64,000 bases of DNA. Source: Alistipes sp. (GTDB lineage: Bacteria; Bacteroidota; Bacteroidia; Bacteroidales; Rikenellaceae). Position 1 is the first letter of the stretch; each line of letters starts with the position of its first letter. The notes beneath the pieces were generated by a model. That model was not told the DNA's origin. It saw nothing but the letters and a program-made list of their open reading frames with translations, and made no database searches. Shown one piece after another: positions 7,541 to 17,333 of the stretch. The stretch covers positions 15,835-79,834 of the forward strand of contig JAFTVX010000015.1 of the NCBI GenBank assembly GCA_017465575.1, in the 5' to 3' direction. Both the position numbers and the translations under genes were made by a program.

Positions 7541-8209
7541 TTAGCCTTTGTAGTTAATCTCGTTGTTAAGCACCTCGGTAACGAAGGGGTTGTAGAGGGT
7601 CTCGTGGCCGATAGTAGACTTATCGCCATGGCCGGGATAGAACTCCACATCGTCGCCCAGAGGCACCAACTGCTCCAAAATCGAGGTCATAATCCACGAG
7701 TAGTCGCCACCCGGAAGGTCGGTACGGCCGATGCTCTCACGAAAGAGTGTGTCGCCAGTGAAGAGCACCTTCTGCTTCTCGTTGTAGAGCGATATATGGC
7801 CAGGGGTGTGGCCAGGGGTCTTGATAACACGCAACTCCGTTTCGCCAAACACTATCTTATCCATCTTATCGAGGTCGATATCTATGGCAGGCACAGGTGC
7901 GCACTTAACGCCAAACATAGCGCCACTCTGCTGTGCGCTATCCACCAAGAACTGGTCCTTTGACGAGCAGGCAAACTTAACGCCGTAGGTCTCCTTCAGA
8001 TAGCCAACGCCCATCGAGTGGTCGAAGTGACCATGGGTATTTACCGCCATCACAGGCTTCAAACCTCGCTCCGAGATAAAGTCGGTTAGGGCAGCATCCT
8101 CTCTTGCCGAGAAGTTACCCGCATCGATGATGATACACTCCTTCGTATCGTCCCACACGATATAGGTGTTCTCCATAATAGGGTTGAACACAAGTTTTGC
8201 AATATTCAT
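7541..8209 (-). CDS. MBL-fold metallo-hydrolase (glyoxalase II-like)
   Basis: HGHFDH (HxHxDH) zinc-binding motif and TPGHTPGH motif. 222 aa. Confidence 0.8.
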   Translation of the reverse strand: MNIAKLVFNPIMENTYIVWDDTKECIIIDAGNFSAREDAALTDFISERGLKPVMAVNTHGHFDHSMGVGYLKETYGVKFACSSKDQFLVDSAQQSGAMFGVKCAPVPAIDIDLDKMDKIVFGETELRVIKTPGHTPGHISLYNEKQKVLFTGDTLFRESIGRTDLPGGDYSWIMTSILEQLVPLGDDVEFYPGHGDKSTIGHETLYNPFVTEVLNNEINYKG

Positions 8210-8230
8210 ATTTCGCTTTTTTTTCGTTCG

Positions 8231-8617
8231 TTACTTTGTAATCTCTGCTTTAAGCACAATGTTCGCAGGGCCATCTTTCGCTGTCGAGAGCACCTGCAAC
8301 ACACGGTAGAAGCTACCCTCTGGAGCCTTCTTTGGCTCCATCTCGATGGTGATGATGCCCTTCTCACCAGGCATAACCTTCTTACGCTCGTAGCGCGTGG
8401 TGGTACAAGTGCAACTTGTGCGCACCTCCAACACCACCAACGGCAGGTCGCCCGTGTTGGTATACTCGACATCTACCCTCTGCTTCGGCGCCTTCTGCGA
8501 CAACTCGCCAAGGTCGATAAGTTGTGTCGAGAGCGCAATCTTCGCACCCTCGGGCTCGGCAGCTTGAACCACCGCCACAGCAAACATCGCCAACACAATC
8601 GCAAATAGTCGTCGCAT
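8231..8617 (-). CDS. DUF1573 domain-containing secreted protein
   Basis: Signal peptide plus the SCTCT motif in an Ig-like ~100-aa domain, as in DUF1573 proteins of Bacteroidetes. Confidence 0.6.
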   Translation of the reverse strand: MRRLFAIVLAMFAVAVVQAAEPEGAKIALSTQLIDLGELSQKAPKQRVDVEYTNTGDLPLVVLEVRTSCTCTTTRYERKKVMPGEKGIITIEMEPKKAPEGSFYRVLQVLSTAKDGPANIVLKAEITK

Positions 8618-8618
8618 A

Positions 8619-9326
8619 CTACTTCAAATTGAACTTATAGGTAATCGTACCGCCCTGCAATGTTCGTGTCGAGGGCTTAAACTTCGCCTTGCGTGCCGCC
8701 TCCAACGCCAAACGACGGAGCGTAGCATCCTGTGTCGTTGTGCCCTGCTGTCGTATCTCTGCTGAGGTAACATTGCCGTTGCTGTCGATAGTAACATAGA
8801 CCACCACCTGACCCGAACTCTGGAACGAGCTTGAAGGCTTGGGCAGTCCCTCTCTTAGACCACGACCCTGCAATCCAGCATCGAGCTGGTCGGTGCCTTG
8901 GAGGTTGTAGCCAGCACCCTCGCCACGGTTTGTCTCCTCCTCGCCATCGGGGGCAAGACGGTTGCCCGCAGCCACAGACTCTGCATTACCTACCGTAGGC
9001 TTAAAGAGGGCATTGGGGTTTACCGTCTCGGTGCGCTCTGCCTCGCCCGAGGTCTCGACACTCGACTCCTGGCGTGCCGTAGTCTCATGGGCAGGCGCCT
9101 TATCACGGCGCACATCCGTAGGCGCACTCTGCGACAGAGGTCGCTTAGGCTCCTCCTCGGCAACCTCCTCCTCGATAACAATCTCGATAGGTGGCAGCGG
9201 TGCGGGCTTCGAGACAACTTCGAACGACAGAAGACCCATCAGCAAGAACCACAGCGCCATAACCACAAGCGTTACACCTGCGGCAATACGGCGTGGCATT
9301 CTATCTGTTGAATCGTAATACTCCAT
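8619..9326 (-). CDS. tonB: Energy transducer TonB
   Basis: The ATG at 9326 overlaps the exbD stop by 1 nt (TAATG). Domain order is a TM anchor, a Pro/Glu-rich linker and a C-terminal TonB-like domain (VVVYVTIDSNGNV...AKFKP). Confidence 0.75.
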   Translation of the reverse strand: MEYYDSTDRMPRRIAAGVTLVVMALWFLLMGLLSFEVVSKPAPLPPIEIVIEEEVAEEEPKRPLSQSAPTDVRRDKAPAHETTARQESSVETSGEAERTETVNPNALFKPTVGNAESVAAGNRLAPDGEEETNRGEGAGYNLQGTDQLDAGLQGRGLREGLPKPSSSFQSSGQVVVYVTIDSNGNVTSAEIRQQGTTTQDATLRRLALEAARKAKFKPSTRTLQGGTITYKFNLK

Positions 9327-9766
9327 TACCTCTTCTCTTTGGTTGCAAGCACCATTTTGTACTTCTCCTCGCGTGTGAGGTCTATAATCTCGACAAGGGC
9401 ATCCACCGTAACCTTCTCGTCGCAACGCAACGAGATATAGGGCTTCTCCTCCTCGGGACGGTCGGCATACTCATCGTACTTAAACTTCAACGCAGCAGCC
9501 ACCTCGCCAACCTCACGATACTCCTCGCGGCCGTTGATGATGTAGAGGTACTCCGACACATCGTCCGTAGCAGCCACCACCGAGAGCGAAATCACCGAGG
9601 GGTCGCCCTCATCGCTCGACGACGAGGGAAGCGTAAGCTTCACTGCATTATTGGGGTTGATAAGCGTCGTTGCCAAAATGAAGAAGACCAACAGAAGGAA
9701 GATAAGGTCGGTCATCGACGAAGCCGAGAACGAAGCATCAACTTTCGAACTTCTCTTAATTGCCAT
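9326..9766 (-). CDS. exbD: Biopolymer transporter ExbD/TolR family
   Basis: 146 aa. N-terminal MTDLIFLLLVFFIL TM segment, typical of ExbD. Confidence 0.85.
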   Translation of the reverse strand: MAIKRSSKVDASFSASSMTDLIFLLLVFFILATTLINPNNAVKLTLPSSSSDEGDPSVISLSVVAATDDVSEYLYIINGREEYREVGEVAAALKFKYDEYADRPEEEKPYISLRCDEKVTVDALVEIIDLTREEKYKMVLATKEKR

Positions 9767-9783
9767 AGTCTTAATGGGTTAGA

Positions 9784-10539
9784 TTATTTTACTACGGGCT
9801 GGTTCAAAATATCCATAAAGGCGATTGAGGTAGCCTCCATACGGAATACAAGCTTCTCGATACGCGCAACGAGGTAGTTGTGGGCAAAGTATGCGGGGAT
9901 ACCGACGATAAGACCACCTACGGTAGTTACCATCGCCACATACATACCGCCTGCCAACTGCTCCAACTCGATAGCACCCGACTGGTTAGCCGACATATCG
10001 ATAAATACCTGCACCATACCTACTACCGTACCCAAGAAACCAATCATAGGCGCACCACCAGAGATAGATGCAAGCGTGGGAAGACCAACCTCGAGCTTTG
10101 CAACCTCGACATTTGCGACATTCTCGATAGCGTTCTGGATATCGCCCATAGGACGACCGATGCGCTCGATACCCTTCTCAATCATACGCGCCACGGGAGA
10201 GTCGGTACGACGGCAGAGGTCTATAGCCGCCGAGATATTGCCCTCCGAGATATAGTCGCGGATGCGGTTCATAAAGTTGTTGTCGATGGTCGTAGCCTTG
10301 CGGATAGCCAAGAAGCGCTCCACGAAGATAAAAATCATAACGCCAGCAAGTGCCACAAGCACCCACATAAGCCAGCCACCACCAAGGAACAAATCCCAAA
10401 AGCCGATAGATACGGTCTCTGCCTCGGCCTGAGCAGCAGCCTCCACGGCCTGCTGAGCAAGGGTTAGTGAATCGAGCTGGGGCATCACCTCTGTGCCCTC
10501 GACAGTCTGGGCCGCAGCCGCAGTAACAAGTGTTGTCAT
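9784..10539 (-). CDS. exbB: MotA/TolQ/ExbB proton channel family protein
   Basis: Three TM segments and the conserved C-terminal GGAPMIGFLGTVVGM...VATTVGGLIVGIPA region. Confidence 0.85.
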   Translation of the reverse strand: MTTLVTAAAAQTVEGTEVMPQLDSLTLAQQAVEAAAQAEAETVSIGFWDLFLGGGWLMWVLVALAGVMIFIFVERFLAIRKATTIDNNFMNRIRDYISEGNISAAIDLCRRTDSPVARMIEKGIERIGRPMGDIQNAIENVANVEVAKLEVGLPTLASISGGAPMIGFLGTVVGMVQVFIDMSANQSGAIELEQLAGGMYVAMVTTVGGLIVGIPAYFAHNYLVARIEKLVFRMEATSIAFMDILNQPVVK

Positions 10540-10591
10540 AATTTGAGTTAAGTTTTAGTTATTATTATTTTGTTTGTTCTCTGTTTTCGTT

Positions 10592-13500
10592 CTACTCCAA
10601 TACGATATCCTCCTCGGCTATCACGGGCTCTTCGTCTACTATATCAACGCTCTCTGCCTCGGTACTATTATCCATTGCGGCTCGTTTCTCGGCACGCTCC
10701 TCGCGCCTCTTCTCGCGTTTCTCGCGACGAGCCTTGCGGTTTTCGTTGTTCTCGACGCGCTGACGAATACTACGCGCCCACTCACCAAAGGTGTTGAAGC
10801 TCTCGCTATAATAGAGACCCACGCCCGACTCCTGCATACCTTGGTTCTCGCCATAGCGGTCGATGGTCTGCGTAAAGCCCTTAAATTTGAAAGTGCCCTC
10901 AGGGTCAATAAGCCATGTGATAAATCCCTCGGCAACGAAGTTCGAGGCATTCTCGGCCGACTGTATCGAGGCATCCGAGAGGTAACCACCCTCTACCTCG
11001 ACGATAAGGCGGTTGTTAAACCAGCTCTTTGAGAAGCCGAAGTCGACCTCGTCACCCGAAAGTTCGGTACGCGGACGGTAGCGCAAGACGATATTGTAGT
11101 TGTCGCCCGAGAGCCAGTTGCTCAACTGGTTAGAGAGCAATTCGAAGCCTGTCGTTGCTGACAACGAAGCACCCATAGCACCAGTATCCTCTGCCGAGAA
11201 GCTATTGGCAGCCAACAACCACAACATCTGCGTGGCGATTGCCTGCTGGTCATTGAGCGTAGACTGTATTACGGTCTGAATCTCGGGAGCCACATTCGGC
11301 ACCTGAACATCGAAAGTTACGGTAGGCGACATCAACTCGTCGGTAAGCTTGATATAGCAATCCACAGGCACAGCACGCGACATATCAATACCCTGCAACG
11401 AGTTGCCGAGCAAGGGTCTTAGCGACGCCTTGGTGCTATATATAGCATCGATATTTAGCGTAGCGCCCAACGGATCGCCAGTCCAATGTATCGACGAGCC
11501 AGGCACGACATCGAACTTCTTGTTTAGAATATTCTGCAAGGTGAAGAGGTAGGTACCCTCCGTGATGGTGTAGTCGCCACGCATCTCGAAGATATTGGCC
11601 TTAGGCACTATGTGCATAGCCAACTGTCCCGAGCCCTTACCCTTGATAACATCGCCCACGGTGGGGTCGATGACAAGCTGAATATCGATATTGGGCAGGA
11701 TGTTTAGCGCAAGGTCGATATCCATCACGCTACCCATCGTATTGACTGGCCTATTCTTGCGCTCGTAGGCCATCATACGGCGAGTGAGGTATGCCGAGGT
11801 ATCACGCTCCTCGGTCGCTGGCTCGGTAAACTTCACAAAGTCGGCAAACGAGGCATCGCCCTTACCCGTAAGCGGCATAAAGAAGTGGGAGTTATCCGAG
11901 CTTGTGCCCTCAACATCCATCTTCAAGCCTCGCTTATCGCCACGGAAGCTTGCACCACCCGAGGCATAGACATGGCCGTAGAATAGGTCGTTATCCTTGC
12001 TGTCGGTATCCAGAACGAGCATATCGTGCGCCTCGATATCGATATCGAAGGTTACATTCGACAGATGTTCAAGGCTGATATCCATCGAGAAGCTACCGTC
12101 GTTACCCTCCGAGTCGTAGACCACAACATTGTCGGCGATAAAGTGGTTATCACGCACCTCAACCCTGCCACCTGGGGCATTATATCGGGTATTGAGGTAG
12201 TCGACCTTAACAGCCATAGAGTCCACCGTGGCGCCACCGTTGAGTTTTGCCTCACGACCACGACCCATAATATTGACATCGACATCTGCCGTACCCTCGA
12301 TATCGGAGATAATGCCTTTAAGGAATGGCTGCAACAACGCCAACTTCACACGCCCCATCTTGGCACGGGCATAGTAGCGATTCTCCGAGGGTTGATAGTA
12401 GCCACGGATAACGGTATCGGCCGTAGTTCGGTCGGCAATGAAGACACGGGCACGGTTAGCCTCGAAATCCCAATTTGAGGTGATGCGCTGTGGCGGTGCC
12501 GTTATATCGTTAACCGCTATATCATCGAGGTCGATGTTTACCTCAAACTCTGGATTTTTGAGTGCCGACTTCATCGAGGCATAACCATTGGCACGGCTCG
12601 AGAAGTTGTAGCCAACACGCTCGGTAAACGCCGAGAGTGGTGCAAGGTCGAAATTCTTCAAAGTAAGGCGTATCGAGTCGTTACGCGAACGCGATGCCAC
12701 ACCATCGACGATAAGTTGTTGCTCGGGACGAGCAATCTGGAACGAATTAATCTGTATGCGCGACGAGTCGATGTCGATGCCCTTTGCCGAGAGTTTCCAC
12801 TGCTGGGTATCGGTCGTAAAGTGCGAGGGCGTGATATCGACATGTATCGAGCGACGCTTGGTCTGCTGATTACGGCTAAACTTAGCGCTTAGGCCGAGCA
12901 TACCCGACTGCTTATCCTTCTCGTCGCGGAAGCCCGCTGTAAGCGAGATACGATTCTCGCGCGCACCACCCGTAGCCGAGAAGTTGGGCATAACGAGGCG
13001 CGAGCCCATATAGATGCCCGACGAGTTAATCCACATCGAGAGCGAATCGCTACGGTTGTTGATATCTATCTCGGCATTTGCCATAATCACACCGCCATAC
13101 TCCAACGCCTCGCTCTCGGCCTGAATAGAGATAAGGTTGCTCGAGGGGCTGAACATAAGGCTCAACTCCGTCTCGGGCGCCATCATCATACCGCCAGAGA
13201 TAGCATCGAGCAAGTCGTTGATGCTCTCGCCAGCACGCACCTTAAGCATCGAGTAGTCGCCAGCCGAAGCGCCCGCTACCACCTGACTACGCTCAATATC
13301 GTCGTAGAGCAACGGCACATAGGTTTTCAGCGAGTTGTAGAGATATTTGAAGATGTCGCGATAGCCCAGACGGCTCTGGAACTGCAAATCAAGGAACTCC
13401 GACGCAAGCACCACCGAGCGCGAATTATCGCCACCGCTAAGCTCGACGGTGAGGCGGTCGGTAGTAAGCTCCTTGTCGGCATAGCGGTATACCACATCGG

Positions 13501-15196
13501 CGATACTTACTCCTCCGTCCATCTCGTCGATGGTCTTGCCCTCGGCACGAGCACCGAGCATCGCCGAAATTACCGATACCGAGTCACGACGGTTAATACC
13601 CAAGGCATTAAGGTCGGCACGGTGCATATCGAGCGAGAAGTCATACGAAGGCCTCTCCGTACCGAGGCTCATAGCGCCAAAGAGGTCGAACTCCAAGTTC
13701 TTGTCCGCTGAGTTTACTACCACCGAGTACTCCGAGCCCTCAACCGCACCATCCACGGCGATATCGTGGTAGCGGTACTTGCCAAAGCCAAGGCCATCAA
13801 TCTTAGCATCGACATCTGCCACAAGGTCGCCACCACCCACCGTAGCCTTGGCCACAATACGGCTATCTGCCTTGCCCAATGACTTTATGTCGAGCAGACC
13901 TCCAAGGTCGAGCGACGAGGTATTCACCACACCATCAATCGAGTAGCGACTCTTTGCCAGCTTCTTGATTGTGGCATCTGCCGACACCGCACCTTCGGCT
14001 GTCGAGAGGTTACCCACCACACGGAACGAGTCGAGACGACCACCAAATGTGGCGCGCAAATCGGCAGTTGATGCGTTGCGGATAATATCCGTAACCTTAT
14101 CGGGCAACGGCTCTTTAACGACATTGCCGATAATCGAGAGGATATCCTCCGAAGTGGTCGCAAGGTGCTTGATACCTGCCGTATAGTTCGTAGTCTGCCA
14201 CTCAGGCAAGCCCTGCATACGGATTGTCGCCTCGAGGTTGGTAGCCGAGCCCATATCGAGGTTATTCACCACACCCGACAAATCGCGCACCACGCCATCT
14301 ACCGAGGCATCGACATTCTCAATCTTTAAGTTCCAATCCCTAAGTCCAGGGGCAAAGTAGCCCAAATCCTCGGTCGAGAGCGACGAGTGCTCTACCGAGC
14401 CCGTCATACGCACATCGTCAATAAAGTGCTTATAACACTCCCAACTGCCACCCTCGATGGTATAGCGAGGTAGGAAGATATGCGAATTGGCGGTCGAGAT
14501 ATCGAAGTTATCGAAGCGGATAATACCCTTGTCGACAAAGAAGTAGGTGGCCAACGACCCAATCTCGAAGCCACTCTTCTCGCGTGCCGATAGCGACACT
14601 ATATCTGCCCACACCTTGCTCTTTACCACCGCAAAGTCCTTGATGCAGACATCGATATTGTGGATATCCATATCGTAGTAGTCGATACCGTACTCAGGGT
14701 CACGATGCTCCAGACGCTCATAGACAAAGCGCAGATTATCGCCATGGATATGGTCGATATAGAGTTGGAAGTTACCCTTGCCGTTGGGATTCGAGAGGCG
14801 GGCAACGATAGGCTTGATATTCAGCTCGCCATTCTTAAGCTCACGCAGACAGAACTCGGCATCGGTGGCCTCAGCCGAGGCGATACGCAGACCATCGCGA
14901 GCGATGTTGAAGCCAGTGAACAATGCTCGTGCTTCGCGCGCGTACAAAAGAGTATCTTGGTCGTAATCACGAACCAAGAAGTCCACAACGCGCACACGCG
15001 AGAGTATGTCGATATCGATACGGCCTATCTCGACTGGCGCTCCGATATACTCCGAAGCAAACGCCGTAGCCTTATCCACCACATAGTTCTGTACACTCTT
15101 CAAGCTAAGCACCAAAGATATAGAAACAGGCAAAAATATCGACAACAAAATGATTGTCGATAGCACCATTCCCAATATTTTTGTAACTTTGCGCAT
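10592..15196 (-). CDS. tamB: Translocation/assembly module protein TamB (DUF490 family)
   Basis: 1534-aa protein with an N-terminal membrane anchor, a long beta-rich body and a TamB/DUF490-like C-terminus, followed by a basic Lys/Arg/Glu tail. Confidence 0.8.
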   Translation of the reverse strand: MRKVTKILGMVLSTIILLSIFLPVSISLVLSLKSVQNYVVDKATAFASEYIGAPVEIGRIDIDILSRVRVVDFLVRDYDQDTLLYAREARALFTGFNIARDGLRIASAEATDAEFCLRELKNGELNIKPIVARLSNPNGKGNFQLYIDHIHGDNLRFVYERLEHRDPEYGIDYYDMDIHNIDVCIKDFAVVKSKVWADIVSLSAREKSGFEIGSLATYFFVDKGIIRFDNFDISTANSHIFLPRYTIEGGSWECYKHFIDDVRMTGSVEHSSLSTEDLGYFAPGLRDWNLKIENVDASVDGVVRDLSGVVNNLDMGSATNLEATIRMQGLPEWQTTNYTAGIKHLATTSEDILSIIGNVVKEPLPDKVTDIIRNASTADLRATFGGRLDSFRVVGNLSTAEGAVSADATIKKLAKSRYSIDGVVNTSSLDLGGLLDIKSLGKADSRIVAKATVGGGDLVADVDAKIDGLGFGKYRYHDIAVDGAVEGSEYSVVVNSADKNLEFDLFGAMSLGTERPSYDFSLDMHRADLNALGINRRDSVSVISAMLGARAEGKTIDEMDGGVSIADVVYRYADKELTTDRLTVELSGGDNSRSVVLASEFLDLQFQSRLGYRDIFKYLYNSLKTYVPLLYDDIERSQVVAGASAGDYSMLKVRAGESINDLLDAISGGMMMAPETELSLMFSPSSNLISIQAESEALEYGGVIMANAEIDINNRSDSLSMWINSSGIYMGSRLVMPNFSATGGARENRISLTAGFRDEKDKQSGMLGLSAKFSRNQQTKRRSIHVDITPSHFTTDTQQWKLSAKGIDIDSSRIQINSFQIARPEQQLIVDGVASRSRNDSIRLTLKNFDLAPLSAFTERVGYNFSSRANGYASMKSALKNPEFEVNIDLDDIAVNDITAPPQRITSNWDFEANRARVFIADRTTADTVIRGYYQPSENRYYARAKMGRVKLALLQPFLKGIISDIEGTADVDVNIMGRGREAKLNGGATVDSMAVKVDYLNTRYNAPGGRVEVRDNHFIADNVVVYDSEGNDGSFSMDISLEHLSNVTFDIDIEAHDMLVLDTDSKDNDLFYGHVYASGGASFRGDKRGLKMDVEGTSSDNSHFFMPLTGKGDASFADFVKFTEPATEERDTSAYLTRRMMAYERKNRPVNTMGSVMDIDLALNILPNIDIQLVIDPTVGDVIKGKGSGQLAMHIVPKANIFEMRGDYTITEGTYLFTLQNILNKKFDVVPGSSIHWTGDPLGATLNIDAIYSTKASLRPLLGNSLQGIDMSRAVPVDCYIKLTDELMSPTVTFDVQVPNVAPEIQTVIQSTLNDQQAIATQMLWLLAANSFSAEDTGAMGASLSATTGFELLSNQLSNWLSGDNYNIVLRYRPRTELSGDEVDFGFSKSWFNNRLIVEVEGGYLSDASIQSAENASNFVAEGFITWLIDPEGTFKFKGFTQTIDRYGENQGMQESGVGLYYSESFNTFGEWARSIRQRVENNENRKARREKREKRREERAEKRAAMDNSTEAESVDIVDEEPVIAEEDIVLE

Positions 15197-15308
15197 TGAA
15201 TAGTGTTGATTAGCGTGCTATAGTTCACAGCAATTAACCTACAAAAGTAATAATTTTTCTATTAAAATAGAAAAAAATTGCTAAAAAACCGCAAATAAAC
15301 TATTTTAT

Positions 15309-16334
15309 ATGGATATTACGATATTGGGTATTGAGTCCTCGTGTGATGACACCTCGGCTGCCGTAATCAGAAATCGCACTCTGCTCTCGAATGTAATTGC
15401 CTCACAGGCAGTACATCAGAAGTACGGAGGCGTAATCCCCGAGCTTGCCTCGCGTGCTCATCAGCAGAATATTATCCCTGTGGTCGATACCGCACTCAAA
15501 GAGGCAGGCATCACCATCGACAAAGTCGATGCCATAGCCTTTACCCGTGGTCCAGGTCTGCTTGGCTCGTTGCTCGTTGGCGTATCTTTCGCCAAGGGTC
15601 TGTCGATTGCCAACAACATTCCGTTGGTCGAGGTCAACCACTTGCAGGGACATATCCTCTCGCACTTTGTCGACCTTCCCGATAGGGAGCTACCCCACCC
15701 CGACTTTCCGTTCCTCTGCCTCTTGGTTAGCGGTGGACATACGCAGATTGTGCGTGTTGATTCGCCCACCGAGATGGAGATTATCGGCACGACCATCGAC
15801 GATGCCGCAGGTGAGGCCTTCGACAAGTGTGCCAAGGTGATGGGCTTGCCCTACCCCGGCGGACCTGTTATCGACCGTCTGGCAAAGGAGGGTGATAGCT
15901 CGGCTTTCAAGTTTGCAAAACCCCATGTCGAGGGCGAGTTTGACTACTCATTCTCTGGTTTAAAGACCTCGTTCCTCTACACTCTACGCGATGCTGTTAA
16001 GGAGGATGCCGACTTTGTCGAGAAGCACAAGGCCGACCTCTGCGCCTCGTTGCAGAAGACCATCATCGACATTTTGCTCGACAAGCTTATCAAGGCTTCG
16101 AAGGCTACGGGCATCAAGGATATCGCCATTGCGGGTGGCGTATCGGCAAACTCTGGCTTGCGTAACGGCATCTTGGAGGCGGGCAAACGCCGTGGTTGGC
16201 AATGCTTCCTCCCCGAGCTAAAGTTTACGACCGACAACGCCGCAATGATTGCCACGGCGGGTTACTACCGCTATATGGCGGGCGAGCTTTCGTCGCTCGA
16301 TGTGTCGCCCGTAGCACGACTTCAAGACTTATAA
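15309..16334 (+). CDS. tsaD: tRNA N6-adenosine threonylcarbamoyltransferase
   Basis: ILGIESSCDDTSAAV N-terminus and GGVSAN motif. 341 aa. Confidence 0.9.
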   Translation: MDITILGIESSCDDTSAAVIRNRTLLSNVIASQAVHQKYGGVIPELASRAHQQNIIPVVDTALKEAGITIDKVDAIAFTRGPGLLGSLLVGVSFAKGLSIANNIPLVEVNHLQGHILSHFVDLPDRELPHPDFPFLCLLVSGGHTQIVRVDSPTEMEIIGTTIDDAAGEAFDKCAKVMGLPYPGGPVIDRLAKEGDSSAFKFAKPHVEGEFDYSFSGLKTSFLYTLRDAVKEDADFVEKHKADLCASLQKTIIDILLDKLIKASKATGIKDIAIAGGVSANSGLRNGILEAGKRRGWQCFLPELKFTTDNAAMIATAGYYRYMAGELSSLDVSPVARLQDL

Positions 16335-16335
16335 A

Positions 16336-17277
16336 ATGCACCCCTCGCACCTCCCCTACAACGACCACGCCACAGCCCTACGCCGTAGGCTCGGTGGTCG
16401 TGTGCAGAAAGTTGCGATAGATGCCCATTTAGGCTGCCCCAATCGAGATGGAAAGCTCGGTTGGGGCGGTTGTACTTTTTGTCTTAACGAGGCATTTTCG
16501 CCATCGTATTGCCGTGAGGCACAAAGCATAACGGAGCAAATTGAGCAAGGCATCGCGTTTCACACCGAACGCAACCGCCAAAGCGCACACTATCTTGCAT
16601 ATTTTCAGTCGGGTACGAACACATACGCCTCGGCAGAGCATCTCCGTAGACTCTACAACGAAGCCCTCAACCACCCCAAAATCTCGGGAATAATCGTCGG
16701 CACACGCCCCGATTGCATCAATTCCGAAATAGTCGATATTTTAGCAGAAATCGCCACACGCAAATATGTCGCCGTAGAGTATGGCATTGAGTCCACCTTA
16801 GACCGTACTTTGCAGCGCGTAAACCGCCACCACTCGTTTGCCGATGCGGTGCGTGCCGTGGAGCTCACGCAAGGCCGAAATATCGAGATTGGAGCACACT
16901 TTATCGTCGGCCTTCCAGGCGAAAAACGAGAGGATATTGTTGCTCAAACCAATGCTATCAACTCGCTCGACCTCAACTACATAAAACTTCATCAACTGCA
17001 AATCTATCGCTCTACGGCAATGGCCGAGGAGTTTTATTTACACCCCGAAGATTTCCTCCTCTCGGGCAACTTTTCGGCAGACGACTATATCGACCATGCG
17101 ATAGATATCCTACGCCGTCTGCACCCCACAACCGCCATCGACCGCCTCTTTACCCTCGCCCCACGCAACCTTATTGTTCACTCGCCGTTGGGTGGCGAAC
17201 ACCCCTATGCCCTGCGACAAAGGCTCATCGAGCGAATGGAGCAAAACAATTACCACCAAGGCGATTTGCTTTTTTAG
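16336..17277 (+). CDS. TIGR01212-family radical SAM protein
   Basis: GCPNRDGKLGWGGCTFC cluster motif and overall length typical of the TIGR01212 (YhcC-like) family. Confidence 0.75.
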   Translation: MHPSHLPYNDHATALRRRLGGRVQKVAIDAHLGCPNRDGKLGWGGCTFCLNEAFSPSYCREAQSITEQIEQGIAFHTERNRQSAHYLAYFQSGTNTYASAEHLRRLYNEALNHPKISGIIVGTRPDCINSEIVDILAEIATRKYVAVEYGIESTLDRTLQRVNRHHSFADAVRAVELTQGRNIEIGAHFIVGLPGEKREDIVAQTNAINSLDLNYIKLHQLQIYRSTAMAEEFYLHPEDFLLSGNFSADDYIDHAIDILRRLHPTTAIDRLFTLAPRNLIVHSPLGGEHPYALRQRLIERMEQNNYHQGDLLF

Positions 17278-17333
17278 CAAAAAATTCCTAAATTTGTCGA
17301 AATATCGACAAATAATCTAAAAACATATCAAGT

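Noticed and set aside
7157-7963. Long antisense or alternative-frame ORFs inside well-supported genes. Examples are 7157-7963, 22360-23058, 39091-40038, 41589-42554, 43602-44294, 49379-50191, 52253-52714, 57446-58090 and 60466-61287.
   Set aside because: Each fully overlaps a gene with clear family motifs on the other strand or in another frame. Their products are compositionally biased (Arg/Leu/Val/His rich), as expected for shadow ORFs in GC-rich coding DNA.
8206-8472. 88-aa minus-strand ORF overlapping the DUF1573 gene in another frame.
   Set aside because: It is an Arg/Cys/Ser-rich shadow ORF entirely inside a gene that has a signal peptide and a family motif.
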